A stretch of DNA of 64,000 nt, from assembly GCA_963808235.1 (NCBI GenBank), contig CAWEEQ010000004.1, positions 3,488,001 to 3,552,000 of the forward strand, written 5' to 3'. The notes beneath the pieces are model-generated. The model did no database searches, had not been told where the DNA came from, and saw nothing but the letters and a program-made list of their open reading frames with translations. The position numbers were made by a program, and so were the translations under genes. Numbering within the stretch: the stretch's first letter is position 1; the number at the start of each line of letters is the position of its first letter. Positions 20,474 through 30,314 of the stretch are shown here, piece by piece. This stretch comes from an uncultured delta proteobacterium. GTDB lineage: Bacteria > Desulfobacterota > Binatia > Binatales > Binataceae.

Positions 20474-21151
20474 ATGAAGATATTCGTCGACACGGCGAAC
20501 TTGGGGGAGATCGAAGAGTCACTTAAGCGTGGCTTCGTTGCTGGAATCACTACGAATCCATCGATCATGTCGAAAGAGGATCGCACGGACTTCCATCAGC
20601 ATATCGGCAAAGTAATCAAGCTGCTCAACCGCTACAAGCTCGAGATCCCCTTAAGCGTCGAAGTATTCACCTCGGACCCGAAGGAAATGGTGAGGCAGGC
20701 TCGTGAATTCGTTGCAGAGTTTGGCGCCTACAAGGGCTTGACCGTTAAGGTGCCTATAGGTTGGAACGAATTGGAAGTGATCAGCAAGCTGAAGGCTGAA
20801 GGCATTCGTGTAAACTGCACCTGTTGTATGTCGTTCAATCAAGCGGTGATGGCTGCCGGCGCAGGGGCCGATTTCGTGAGCATCTTCTATGGCCGAATCA
20901 GGGACATCGGATACGACGCTCGCTCGGTCGTCGAGTCGGTGCATCGTGTTTTCAAAGAATGGTCGAGTCCATCGCAGATCATCGTAGGTAGTATCCGGCA
21001 TATCTACGATATCAATGACGCGATTATGGCCGGCGCAGATATTATCACCGTGCCTCCGAAGTTCCTGCCGCAGATGGTAAGTCATCCCAAGACCGATGAG
21101 GCGGTGAATCAGTTCCTGACCGATTTCAAGAAATGGACGAATGAGAAATAG
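20474..21151 (+). CDS. tal: Transaldolase (short TalC/FSA type)
   Basis: MKIFVDTAN, GITTNPS, VKVP Schiff-base Lys, NCT, GRIRD, GSIR, HPKTD. Confidence 0.88.
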   Translation: MKIFVDTANLGEIEESLKRGFVAGITTNPSIMSKEDRTDFHQHIGKVIKLLNRYKLEIPLSVEVFTSDPKEMVRQAREFVAEFGAYKGLTVKVPIGWNELEVISKLKAEGIRVNCTCCMSFNQAVMAAGAGADFVSIFYGRIRDIGYDARSVVESVHRVFKEWSSPSQIIVGSIRHIYDINDAIMAGADIITVPPKFLPQMVSHPKTDEAVNQFLTDFKKWTNEK

Positions 21152-21154
21152 TAT

Positions 21155-21173
21155 GCGCATCGCAGGGATGCGC
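21155..21173. terminator. Hairpin between convergent tal and hddA
   Basis: GCGCATC-gcagg-GATGCGC; no clear U-tract. Confidence 0.35.
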
Positions 21174-21179
21174 GGTGGT

Positions 21180-22166
21180 TCAGCGATCGCGGACTAAGAC
21201 TACCGAGCCATCGAAATCGAAGCCGAAGTCCATCTCGGACAAACCTGCTCCCTGCATCGTCGTCCGCAGCAAGCGGCGGTCATTGGTGTGGAACAGCAAA
21301 AATCCGCTCCCACCTGCGCCGACCAGCTTGCCACCTGTCGCCCCACCCTTCGTGCGCGCCAAATCGTAAAGCTGGTCGATTTGTTCGCTGGTCATTCCAA
21401 TTGAGCGAGCTCTCTTGCGCATCCAATGCTCGTGCATCAGTTCGCCAAAGTGGCGTACATCGCCTTTCTCGAGCGCGGTTCGAATCTCGAAACCCAACTG
21501 CTTAACGAAATGCAAACCATCGAGCATTGCCGCGTCGCCCTGCTCGGATTTATTTTTCTGGTCGCTCAGCAGGTCCGACGAGGCACGAGTGTATCCGACG
21601 AAGAATAGCATCAGCGAATCGCGCAGCTCGCGGAGCGCCGATTCGCTCATCCGTAGCGGCGTGACGGCCACGCCCTCGTCGGTCATATATTCCTGGCAAG
21701 TCAGTCCACCGTAAGCGGCAATGTAGTGATCCTGCTTACCGACCGGCATCCCAAGCCGATTCATCTCGATGTCGAACGCCTCCCTGGCCAGCGTCTCGGC
21801 ACCAACTGGTTGACGCTTGTAAGCGTGCAGGGCGTGCAGCAGTCCGACCAGGAATGTCCCGGAAGAGCCGACGCCCGTACCGGAGGGCACGTCGGCGATG
21901 CTAACGATTTCGACCGGGCTCGGCATGTTATGCAGGCGTAGCGCCTCGCGAATTAGCGAATGGCGGATTGCATCAATCGTTTCAGCCAGTTCCATTTCCG
22001 AGTACTTGAGAAAATATCCAGGGAAGAAAGTTCTGTTGATGCTGATGTAAGTGTACTTGTTGATCGCCGCGGAGATTACAAAGCCACCGAACTGGCGATA
22101 GTAAGACGGCAGATCCGTTCCGCCTCCTCCGAGTGAGATACGAAGGGGTGTCCTGGTTATGATCAT
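21180..22166 (-). CDS. hddA: D-glycero-alpha-D-manno-heptose 7-phosphate kinase (GHMP family)
   Basis: RTPLRISLGGGGTD, PSGTGVGSSG, GKQDHYIAAYGG, GGKLVGAGGSG. Confidence 0.88.
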   Translation of the reverse strand: MIITRTPLRISLGGGGTDLPSYYRQFGGFVISAAINKYTYISINRTFFPGYFLKYSEMELAETIDAIRHSLIREALRLHNMPSPVEIVSIADVPSGTGVGSSGTFLVGLLHALHAYKRQPVGAETLAREAFDIEMNRLGMPVGKQDHYIAAYGGLTCQEYMTDEGVAVTPLRMSESALRELRDSLMLFFVGYTRASSDLLSDQKNKSEQGDAAMLDGLHFVKQLGFEIRTALEKGDVRHFGELMHEHWMRKRARSIGMTSEQIDQLYDLARTKGGATGGKLVGAGGSGFLLFHTNDRRLLRTTMQGAGLSEMDFGFDFDGSVVLVRDR

Positions 22167-22198
22167 CTGTTTCTTCCTCTCATTCGAACGATGATCGA

Positions 22199-22942
22199 TT
22201 ACGACTTTGATCTGCCTCCCGTAACTGTCCGCAGAAAGGCATCTGTCTCGGCAAGGCCTATGGGTGAGCCAACCTCATAAAAGCGCTCGCTGACTTCATA
22301 ACCGCCAAGGAGACCTTGCCTGGCCAGATCTTGATATATGTCTGCCAGATCAAACGCTACATCTGCTGGCCGCGCCGACAACACGCTCGCTTCGAGTACG
22401 CCCAGTCCGTAGTCGATGTAGAGCATCGCAGCAGTGTGATGAGCCTTGTCATAACGTCGAACGACGCCGTCCGCAAACTCGACGTTGCTCTTATCAAAGC
22501 GGTCGATGTTGCGATAGACTGTCATGAGAGCTGGATGCCCTGAGGCACGGAAGGCCGCATAGACCGGACGGAAAGGCGTCCCAAGGTAGCTGTCTCCGTA
22601 CATTACCATGAATCTCTCGCCGAGCATGGGCAGAGCACGACGTAATGCGCCACCGGTGCCTAGCGGCGTATCACCATCGCGTGAAAAACGCACCCGGCAG
22701 CCGAACATCGCGCCATCTTGAACAAAAGACTCTATCTGCTCACTTAGGAAACCTGTGCAGATGACAACTTCGGTGATCGACTGACGCACGAGCATGCGGA
22801 GCTGATGGGCGATGAATGGCTCGCCAGCAACCAAGATCATCGACTTAGGAATAGTCGCTGTAATCGGTCGTAGTCGCGTTGCCTGCCCTCCAGCTAGCAG
22901 CGCCAACCGCGGCATTCGCTCATTGTCGGATAATGCGGTCAT
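22199..22942 (-). CDS. hddC: Sugar-1-phosphate nucleotidyltransferase (HddC-like heptose-1-P guanylyltransferase)
   Basis: LAGGQATRL, PKSM, PLGTGGAL, YGDSY, FYEVGS; alternative start at 22915; located in the heptose cluster. Confidence 0.78.
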   Translation of the reverse strand: MTALSDNERMPRLALLAGGQATRLRPITATIPKSMILVAGEPFIAHQLRMLVRQSITEVVICTGFLSEQIESFVQDGAMFGCRVRFSRDGDTPLGTGGALRRALPMLGERFMVMYGDSYLGTPFRPVYAAFRASGHPALMTVYRNIDRFDKSNVEFADGVVRRYDKAHHTAAMLYIDYGLGVLEASVLSARPADVAFDLADIYQDLARQGLLGGYEVSERFYEVGSPIGLAETDAFLRTVTGGRSKS

Positions 22943-23915
22943 CGGCTATCAGCGCAAGCAATGATGCGCGCAAGGCTTCGCGGCTGCTATGAAGGCATTG
23001 CCACCCTAGACTTCGGATCCGGTCAGTATTCATCCGCACCACCGGGACATCCCCTTTCCATCCGCGGTCACCCCCAGAATACTCGAACCGCGGATGGACG
23101 GGCAGCGCGAGGCATTCGACGGCAAGCTCCGCGATTTCGGTTACCGTTATGTAGTCGCCGGTAGCAACGTTGAATGCGTCGAAGCGCTTGGTTGAGTGAC
23201 GATTGGCATGCATGACTGCCGCGATCACATCTGAGACATGAATGTACGACTTGCTTTGACTGCCATCGCCGAGAATTGAGAGGCGGCTCGGATCAGCCAC
23301 GAGGCGACGAACAAAGTCGAGCCCTACGCCGTGTGTCTGCCGCGGTCCGACGACGTTGCCAAACCGAAACGCACAGCCACTAAGATCGAACATGAAACAG
23401 TATGCACTAATCAGAGCCTCACCCGATAGCTTGCTTGCGCCATAGGTGGATACTGGAATGAGTGGGCCGTGATCTTCTTGCGCTTCAACTTCGCCGAGAT
23501 CGCCGTAGACGCCACTTCCGGAAGCATAGAGGATACGCCGCACGCCGGTACGACGCATCGCTTCAATGACATTGTTGGTGAGTGCCGTGCCCTGGTGGAA
23601 GTCAATCTCTGGTTCGACCGCCGCTCTCGCGATATCGGGATTTGAGGCAAGATGGATGACGATATCGTGGCCGCTCATCGCGGCGGCTAGACGAGCCATT
23701 TCGCCGATGTCGCCGCGCACTATGCGCAAGCGCGCGTCGTCGAGATGATGTTCATAGTGCCATTCGCGCCCAGACGAGAAGTTGTCGTAGATCGTCACGG
23801 CACCGACATGCCGGTCGGCGAGCAGATGATCGGCGAAGTGACTGCCTAGAAAGCCAGCGCCACCCACAATCATGTAGCGGTTACCCAAATCCGCCCGTAT
23901 TGATGCGGCAGTCAT
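22920..23915 (-). CDS. NAD-dependent nucleotide-sugar epimerase/dehydratase (extended SDR)
   Basis: GGAGFLG, HLASN, ASGSGVYG, YGASK, RFGNVVGP, KSYIHVSD. Confidence 0.9.
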   Translation of the reverse strand: MTAASIRADLGNRYMIVGGAGFLGSHFADHLLADRHVGAVTIYDNFSSGREWHYEHHLDDARLRIVRGDIGEMARLAAAMSGHDIVIHLASNPDIARAAVEPEIDFHQGTALTNNVIEAMRRTGVRRILYASGSGVYGDLGEVEAQEDHGPLIPVSTYGASKLSGEALISAYCFMFDLSGCAFRFGNVVGPRQTHGVGLDFVRRLVADPSRLSILGDGSQSKSYIHVSDVIAAVMHANRHSTKRFDAFNVATGDYITVTEIAELAVECLALPVHPRFEYSGGDRGWKGDVPVVRMNTDRIRSLGWQCLHSSREALRASLLALIADDRIIRQ

Positions 23916-24051
23916 CGTGGGTTCTCGACGCCAGGCCTTTTCACTCTTCAATCATAGCGCTTTTTTCAAGGCATTTTCACCTGTATCCTCATATGGCGCA
24001 TGGTGGGGACTTCGAGTGGCCGGAATCGTGCGGGGTGCGCCCGGGGGGAGC

Positions 24052-25704
24052 GTGAATAGGACTGTTTCGATCTGGCTCGAAAAAGGAGGCACTCTCCTGA
24101 GCCGCGATGTTGGAGTGGCTTCGGCCTTCGTCGGCGTGATCGCGTTGAGTTTGCGGCTTCTGTTGCTGCCTATCATTCCGCGACCAGTGCCTATCACTCA
24201 TGATGAATTCAGTTATCTTTTGGAAGCCAAGACTTTTTTGTCTGGACGCCTCACTAATCCCACCCATCCGATGTGGATACATTTTGAGACGTTTCATGTA
24301 CTGTCGCATCCCACTTATGCCTCGAAGTATCCTCCAGGTATGGGTCTAATGTTGGCTCTTGGCCAGCTGGTGTTTCATGATCCTTGGGCCGCAGTCTTGA
24401 TCAGCATGGCTGTGCTGTGCGGGCTTATCACATGGGCACTATGGGGTTGGCTGTCGCCTCGGTGGGCGATAGCGGCAGGACTTATTGCTGCCCTTCAACT
24501 CACCGGAACCTATTGGACCGACAGCTACTGGGGAGGGAGCCTCGCGGCCATAGGAGGCGCACTCCTGGTAGGGGCGTTTGCCAGGTTAGTGCGGCGCCCG
24601 GCAATGGCACCCTCATTGGTATTCGGCCTCGGGCTGGCAATTCTGGCAAATACGCGACCTTACGAAGGTTTCGTTCTCGGCGCCTTGTGTACTGTTATCT
24701 TGCTCATCCGTTTGAACTCGTTGGTCCAGAGAGCTCACACTGACTATTCGGGTTTGGTTCGTTCCATCGGTCTGCCGATAGCGTTCGTTTTGCTGCCGAC
24801 GGTCCTCTGGATGGGATACTATAACTACCGCGTGACAGGTAATCCGCTGCTGATGCCATATCAGTTGTATGAGCAGCAATACTCTTCCTGGTCGCAGTTT
24901 GTATGGTCCAATAATCCGCGACCGGAACCAAAGTACGATCACGAGATATTTCACACCTTCTGGGCAGGCTGGGACGCAAAGGAGAAGCAGTCACAGCGGC
25001 AGCACTTCTTGTTAGTACATGTGCAAAATATTCTGGAGATTACCGTTTTCTTCGTTTCTCTCCCATTGCTTTTGTGTGTGCTCCTGAGCCGCAAGAGCCT
25101 GATGCGGAATCGGCGCTTACGAATTCCCATGTATCTTTTGTTGCTCTTCTACCTGGGACTAGCTTTTGAATCGAACCTTTTACCACATTACTTTGCCCCG
25201 GCGACGGTTCTGATCTTTCTGATCGTAGCTGCCGCAGCGCGAGATTGTCTGTCCCGATTCGCGCCTGGCACTCCACGTAGAATCGCGTCCTTCGTCCTGG
25301 TCTGTTCTATGATCTCATTCGAAATTCCCCGGATCGTTTACACTGCGCGTCCCACCGATCCTTATAGGATCGATTTCCTTGCGAAACGCGACTTCGTGCT
25401 AAAGCAATTGGATAAGGAGCCCGGACTGCTCCTCGTCTTCGTTCGCTATGGTCCGAATCACTTCATTCATACCGATTGGGTGTACAATGACGCCGATATC
25501 GATAGTTCCCGGATTGTGTGGGCGCGTGCGATGCCCAATGGAAAGGACGAAGAGTTGCTGAAGTATTACCCCAATCGGCGAGCCTTTATACTCGATGATG
25601 ACGTGAAGCTGTCGCTGGAACCTATGAACACGGCAGCGCGGAAGGCGTCATCCAAGGTATTGACTCGACCTATAGACAAAAACGAGGATGGTTTGCATGG
25701 ATAA
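24052..25704 (+). CDS. Polytopic membrane protein, probable GT-C fold glycosyltransferase
   Basis: About 10 hydrophobic helices; acidic HDEFSY motif in first loop after TM1, KYPPG, NTRPYEG; soluble C-terminal domain; GTG at 24052 after GGAG. Confidence 0.65.
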   Translation: MNRTVSIWLEKGGTLLSRDVGVASAFVGVIALSLRLLLLPIIPRPVPITHDEFSYLLEAKTFLSGRLTNPTHPMWIHFETFHVLSHPTYASKYPPGMGLMLALGQLVFHDPWAAVLISMAVLCGLITWALWGWLSPRWAIAAGLIAALQLTGTYWTDSYWGGSLAAIGGALLVGAFARLVRRPAMAPSLVFGLGLAILANTRPYEGFVLGALCTVILLIRLNSLVQRAHTDYSGLVRSIGLPIAFVLLPTVLWMGYYNYRVTGNPLLMPYQLYEQQYSSWSQFVWSNNPRPEPKYDHEIFHTFWAGWDAKEKQSQRQHFLLVHVQNILEITVFFVSLPLLLCVLLSRKSLMRNRRLRIPMYLLLLFYLGLAFESNLLPHYFAPATVLIFLIVAAAARDCLSRFAPGTPRRIASFVLVCSMISFEIPRIVYTARPTDPYRIDFLAKRDFVLKQLDKEPGLLLVFVRYGPNHFIHTDWVYNDADIDSSRIVWARAMPNGKDEELLKYYPNRRAFILDDDVKLSLEPMNTAARKASSKVLTRPIDKNEDGLHG

Positions 25705-26932
25705 CGCCCCAGCCTCGCTGGCATCGAAACCGGACTTTGCAGCCGAGCCGGACGGTAAGGCTCCCGAGTTAACCATCCTGGTGCCAACGTTGAATGAGGA
25801 GATAACCGTCGAAGCGTTTCTGGATTGGTGTTACCAGGGAATTGACCGCTCAGGAGTCAGCGCAGAAATCATTCTGATTGATAGTTCGAACGACAGCACG
25901 CCGGCGAAAGCGAGGGCAAAAGGCGCGCGTGTCGTGACGCCGTCACGAAGAGGGCTCGGGCGGGCGTACCAGGAAGGTATACCATTCGTTCGCGGCAAGT
26001 ACGTTATCATGGGCGATGCAGACTGTACCTACGACTTCCGCGAGTTGGAGCCGTTCATACAAAAGCTGCGCGATGGTTATGAGTTCGTTATGGGCTCGCG
26101 CTTTCGGGGATACATCGAGCCGGGTTCCATGCCGGCCTTGCACCAGCATTTCGGAACGCCAGTCACGACCTGGATTCTGAACATACTCTATCGAACGCAC
26201 TTCTCGGACATTCATTGCGGGATGCGTGCTATCACCAGAGATGCCCTGGTTCGAATGGAACTCGGGTCGGAGTCATGGCAGTACGCTTCCGAGATGGTCT
26301 TGAAGTCAGTGCACATGAAGCTACGGACGGCCGAAGTCCCTGTTCGCTTTTTCAAGGACCCGGAAGGAAGACTGAGTCATCACAAGCGCGCTGGCTGGCT
26401 ATCACCATGGAAGGCGGGCTGGTCGAATCTCGAGGTGATGCTAACCCATGGCGCCGAGTTTTTTACGATTCAGCCCGGACTCGTGCTGACCGCGCTGGGA
26501 TTGTTATTTACGCTTCCGCTGATTCTGGGTCCTGTCCAAATCGGGCAGTTCAGGTTTTCGCTGTACTGGATGCTATTAGGACTGACACTTACGGTCGTCG
26601 GCATGCAGAGCGTATACGTGGGCTGCGTTACTCGGGTACTCCACGACTATAGTGGAGAGTCAAGTCGCCAACTGCTCAGACTATTCAGCTACAACCGGTC
26701 GGTACTGTTCAGCGCAGGCGTCTTCGTTGTGGGGGCCTTGTTCACGATCCCACTAGTTAGAGAATATGCGAGGCTGGGATTTACCCTATCGGGTGAGATT
26801 GGCCGACCTCATCATATGGCAATCGCCGGCTTGCTCTTTATGATAATAGCTTTCACCAATTTCGTCTTCACTCTTGTTTTGCACTCCGCAGCTTTTCGGG
26901 TACATCGACGAGATGTCTCCACAAATCCCTGA
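25697..26932 (+). CDS. GT2 polyprenol-phosphate glycosyltransferase (DPM1-like) with four C-terminal TM helices
   Basis: PTLNEE, RGLGRAY, GDAD (DxD), VMGSRF, SDIHCGMR, four hydrophobic C-terminal segments. Confidence 0.88.
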   Translation: MDNAPASLASKPDFAAEPDGKAPELTILVPTLNEEITVEAFLDWCYQGIDRSGVSAEIILIDSSNDSTPAKARAKGARVVTPSRRGLGRAYQEGIPFVRGKYVIMGDADCTYDFRELEPFIQKLRDGYEFVMGSRFRGYIEPGSMPALHQHFGTPVTTWILNILYRTHFSDIHCGMRAITRDALVRMELGSESWQYASEMVLKSVHMKLRTAEVPVRFFKDPEGRLSHHKRAGWLSPWKAGWSNLEVMLTHGAEFFTIQPGLVLTALGLLFTLPLILGPVQIGQFRFSLYWMLLGLTLTVVGMQSVYVGCVTRVLHDYSGESSRQLLRLFSYNRSVLFSAGVFVVGALFTIPLVREYARLGFTLSGEIGRPHHMAIAGLLFMIIAFTNFVFTLVLHSAAFRVHRRDVSTNP

Positions 26933-27587
26933 ACGGACGGCGTCTTTCGGCGAGCGCTATGAGCTCACCTGGGTGGATCGATTCGGCGTGTGGCTTTCGT
27001 CGCGACAGGTGCGGCGTCTGGCCCCGAAGTTCGAAGGAAGCTCAGTTGGCGATTTCGGATGCGGATATCAAGCCACTTTCGGTCGCACGCTCATCGGCGT
27101 CGCTGGTGAGCTGACTTTAGTCGATGTGTCTATCGCATCGGATCTCAAACAGGACCGGAGAATTCGGAGTATCGAGGGCTGGCTGCCGGAAGCCATTGCG
27201 GGGATCAAATCTGAATCGCTTGACATCGTTCTCTGCCTTTCGGTTTTGGAGCATCTCTGGCATCCTCTCGAAATGTTAAAGGAATGCCGGCGCGTCCTTG
27301 TTCCAGGCGGTGTCTGCATGATCAATGTGCCGTCCTGGATGGGTAAGCGATGGCTCGAATTCTCGGCATTCCGCCTGGGTCTTAGTCCGCGCGCAGAGAT
27401 CGATGACCACAAGCGCTACTACGATCCTAAAGAACTCTGGACGCTGCTGGTTAGTGCCGGATTCCGCCCTTCGGAGATTCGTTGCTTCAGGCATAAGTTC
27501 GGTTTGAACACCTTTGCGATGTGCCGGCGGAGTAACGCAGATCACGACGCCAGGTCGGACGAGGAGAGCGCCAGGCGTGCAACCTGA
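26913..27587 (+). CDS. Class I SAM-dependent methyltransferase
   Basis: DFGCG, CLSVLEHL, RVLVPGG. Confidence 0.85.
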   Translation: MSPQIPERTASFGERYELTWVDRFGVWLSSRQVRRLAPKFEGSSVGDFGCGYQATFGRTLIGVAGELTLVDVSIASDLKQDRRIRSIEGWLPEAIAGIKSESLDIVLCLSVLEHLWHPLEMLKECRRVLVPGGVCMINVPSWMGKRWLEFSAFRLGLSPRAEIDDHKRYYDPKELWTLLVSAGFRPSEIRCFRHKFGLNTFAMCRRSNADHDARSDEESARRAT

Positions 27588-28332
27588 CAACTGGGATCAG
27601 CATTGGGCCGAATATGCAGCGTCGGCGGAGTCGAATCCCGCGCAAGGCTATAGGCGTCGACTGATTTCGCACTTGCTTGGCAGTAATTCGTCAAAGAGCG
27701 CGCGACGAATAATGGATCTGGGAAGCGGACAAGGAGACCTGTTGGCCGCCCTTAGTCGAATGGACGCCTGGAGCGGCATGCTGGGAGTCGAATTCAGTGC
27801 GGTAGGTGTGCAGATAGCCGCCAGGAAGGTTCCTACCGCCTCCTTCTTGCAACAAGACTTGTTGCAACCAGTACCAGCGGCGTGCCCATATCTGGGATGG
27901 GCCGACTATGCTGTCTGTTCCGAGGTCCTGGAACATCTGGACGATCCCATATCGTTCCTCAGAAACGCGGCAGCTTTGATGTCTCCGGGATGTACTTTGA
28001 TTGTCACGGTGCCGGGAGGTCCCATGTCTGCCTTCGATCGCCATATCGGTCATCGGAAACACTATTCCGTCTCCGAGTTGCGCAGTCTGCTCGAACAAAG
28101 CGGATTTTCCGTTAAAACCGTCATGGCGGCAGGGTTTCCATTTTTCAATCTCTACCGCTCGACGGTTATCCTGAGGGGCAGCGCTCTCATTCAAGATGTT
28201 TCGAGCAACCCTCCGATAGTGGTTAGGATTGCCACTTACTCGATGATGTGGTTATTTCGACGGTTGTTTGCCTTCAACAGGACACGAGGCCGGCGGGGCT
28301 GGCAGATCGTGGCGGTTGCTGAATGGAAGTAG
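27577..28332 (+). CDS. Class I SAM-dependent methyltransferase
   Basis: MDLGSGQG, CSEVLEHL, TVP, GHRKHYS. Confidence 0.85.
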   Translation: MQPDNWDQHWAEYAASAESNPAQGYRRRLISHLLGSNSSKSARRIMDLGSGQGDLLAALSRMDAWSGMLGVEFSAVGVQIAARKVPTASFLQQDLLQPVPAACPYLGWADYAVCSEVLEHLDDPISFLRNAAALMSPGCTLIVTVPGGPMSAFDRHIGHRKHYSVSELRSLLEQSGFSVKTVMAAGFPFFNLYRSTVILRGSALIQDVSSNPPIVVRIATYSMMWLFRRLFAFNRTRGRRGWQIVAVAEWK

Positions 28333-28430
28333 GCAGCGACTGAGCTGCCGGACTCGCCGCTTGCTAGGGTTCGAAGACAAGGGAGTAGCCTGCGGATTCT
28401 GTTCGCGGCGTTACTGCTCCGGAGGCAGCC

Positions 28431-28966
28431 TTGGAACTATCAGCTTATCGGCGGAATCTTTACCCGGTCATGGTCGTAATTGCTTTGCTTGGCCTCGCGC
28501 CGCCGCTGGCGCATACCGCACGCGCGCAGCAAAGCTCCGGAACTTCGACGGCGACTCAAGATGAGATCCGCGGCGCAACGATGCGTTTCTATGTCGCGCT
28601 CAACAGTGCGCTCCATAGCGATCTCGATCCTCTGGGCGCCGTATGGTCCCACGGCCCGGACGTATCGAACCTGAGCTCGGATGGCGGCCGCGCGGTCGGA
28701 TGGAATGAGGTTCACGCGGAATTTCAAAACATGGCCCGGCTTTATCCGGCGGACGGATTGCACCGCGGGACATTGTCGTCGTCACGAGCAGGGAAATGGG
28801 TTATTCAGTCTGCACAGAGACCGGGCAACTGCGTTCGCCGGAGGGTCCGATGGTCAGTTTCACCCAGCGCGCAACCAACATCTTCCGGCTTGAAGACGGC
28901 AAGTGGAAGATGATCCACCATCATGCGGACGCCGGTTCTACCGGTTCGCAAGGGCCCAGCCGATAG
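28431..28966 (+). CDS. Secreted SnoaL/NTF2-like protein (frameshift near 28748)
   Basis: Signal peptide ending TARA; FYVALN..VWSHG..GWNEV. After a one-base shift it continues ..RATNIFRLEDGKWKMIHHHAD to TAG at 28964-28966. Confidence 0.75.
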
Positions 28967-28969
28967 CTA

Positions 28970-29727
28970 CTATGCGGGCGCGGTCGAGAAGAATTTCGTT
29001 ACCTCATCTTTGAAGAATTGATCGTAGGGCGCTGTCATGTGATCACGGCCCTCGAGTTTTACGATCCGGCTCGTCGGAATCATCTTGGGCAGCTCGTCAT
29101 GCGCGCCGATCGCGTCGTCGTTTCTGCCGACTACTATCAGCGTTGGCACCTGCACCTTCGCGAGTCTGCCCGGCTCGATGCGCCTGCGCTCCGCAGAAAT
29201 TATGGCGGCGAGCGCAATCAGGTCGTTTCCTGCCGCCTCGGCGAATCGCCGGTAAGCACGCGCTACCGGGTCGATGATCTGATCGCGGTTCGGCGCGAGC
29301 AGCGCGTCTGAAATAGCTGCGCGCAGCGAAGGATTCTCGATCCCATCGTCGTACGCTATTCCGCCCAGCACCGCCGCACGCAGCCGATCCGGATGATCCA
29401 TGAGCAGCTCGATCGCGAGGCTCGCGCCCATCGAGTAGCCCATGATCATCGCACGAGCAATCTCCAGATGATCCAGCAAGCGAATGACGTCGCCCGCCAT
29501 CTGCACGCGTCCATAGAGGTCCTTGCCATGCGGCTTGGCGCTGCGACCGTGCCCGCGGCAATCCATCGCCAGCACGCGAAATCGGGAAGAGAGCATTTCA
29601 ATCCATCCGGTGTCACCGAAGTTCTGCTTCGCGGTCGAGCCCCACCCGTGCACGAGCACGACTGGATCGCCGCCGCCCACATCGTCGAAACAGATTTCAA
29701 CTCCGCTCCGAGCGAAAATGATGGCAT
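28970..29727 (-). CDS. Alpha/beta fold hydrolase (probable frameshift near 29715-29718)
   Basis: VLVHGWGS, DCRGHGRS, GYSMGA, GRDH. The ATG at 29727 joins the FARSGVEICFDDVG frame if one base is added to a T4 run. Confidence 0.85.
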
Positions 29728-29754
29728 CGCGGTTCCGTACTCGCCGAGTTGTGC

Positions 29755-30174
29755 TCAGCCTCCGCGTGCGATTAAGGCGACGAAGTCTCCCTCGGTCAGG
29801 ATGCCGACCAGCCGCCGATTCTCGACAACCGGAAGGCAGCCGATCTTGCGCTCCGTCAAGATTCGCGCAGCCTCCACCAGAGGAGTCTCCGGACTGATCG
29901 TCACCACGTCGCTGGTCATCACTTCTTTGACGGACAGAGTGTTGAGAAGCTTGCGCTGAGCATGCTTGCCGTAGCCGAGCGCTTGGGCAAGCGCGTCACG
30001 AAAGAGATCGCGCTGGGTCACGATGCCGACGAGAACTTGACCCTCGTCGTCCAGCACGGGCAGATGGCGAACCCGTCCCAAACGCATGATGTCATCCGCC
30101 AAGGTGAGCTTATCGTTACGTTTGAGGCTGGTAGGATCTGCCGTCATCACGTCGCGAACTTTCATTTCCTTCAT
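29755..30174 (-). CDS. CBS domain pair protein
   Basis: VRDVMT, RHLPV..LVGIVT, VKEVMT, IGCLPVV..LVGILT. Confidence 0.92.
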   Translation of the reverse strand: MKEMKVRDVMTADPTSLKRNDKLTLADDIMRLGRVRHLPVLDDEGQVLVGIVTQRDLFRDALAQALGYGKHAQRKLLNTLSVKEVMTSDVVTISPETPLVEAARILTERKIGCLPVVENRRLVGILTEGDFVALIARGG

Positions 30175-30314
30175 GCCGATTTCTCCGATAGGAGTTTACC
30201 TGCAACGCAATTGCGGCGCGAGGCCAGGGGCCGTGTCTCGATCGCTTCTCTGTTCAGCCCGCCGCTGGACGTTAAGTACTGGCTGCAGCTAGTATCCGCA
30301 ACGTAGCTCGAAAG

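Noticed and set aside
21180-23915. Invertible (phase-variable) segment
   Set aside because: No inverted repeats found at both ends and no recombinase in the window.
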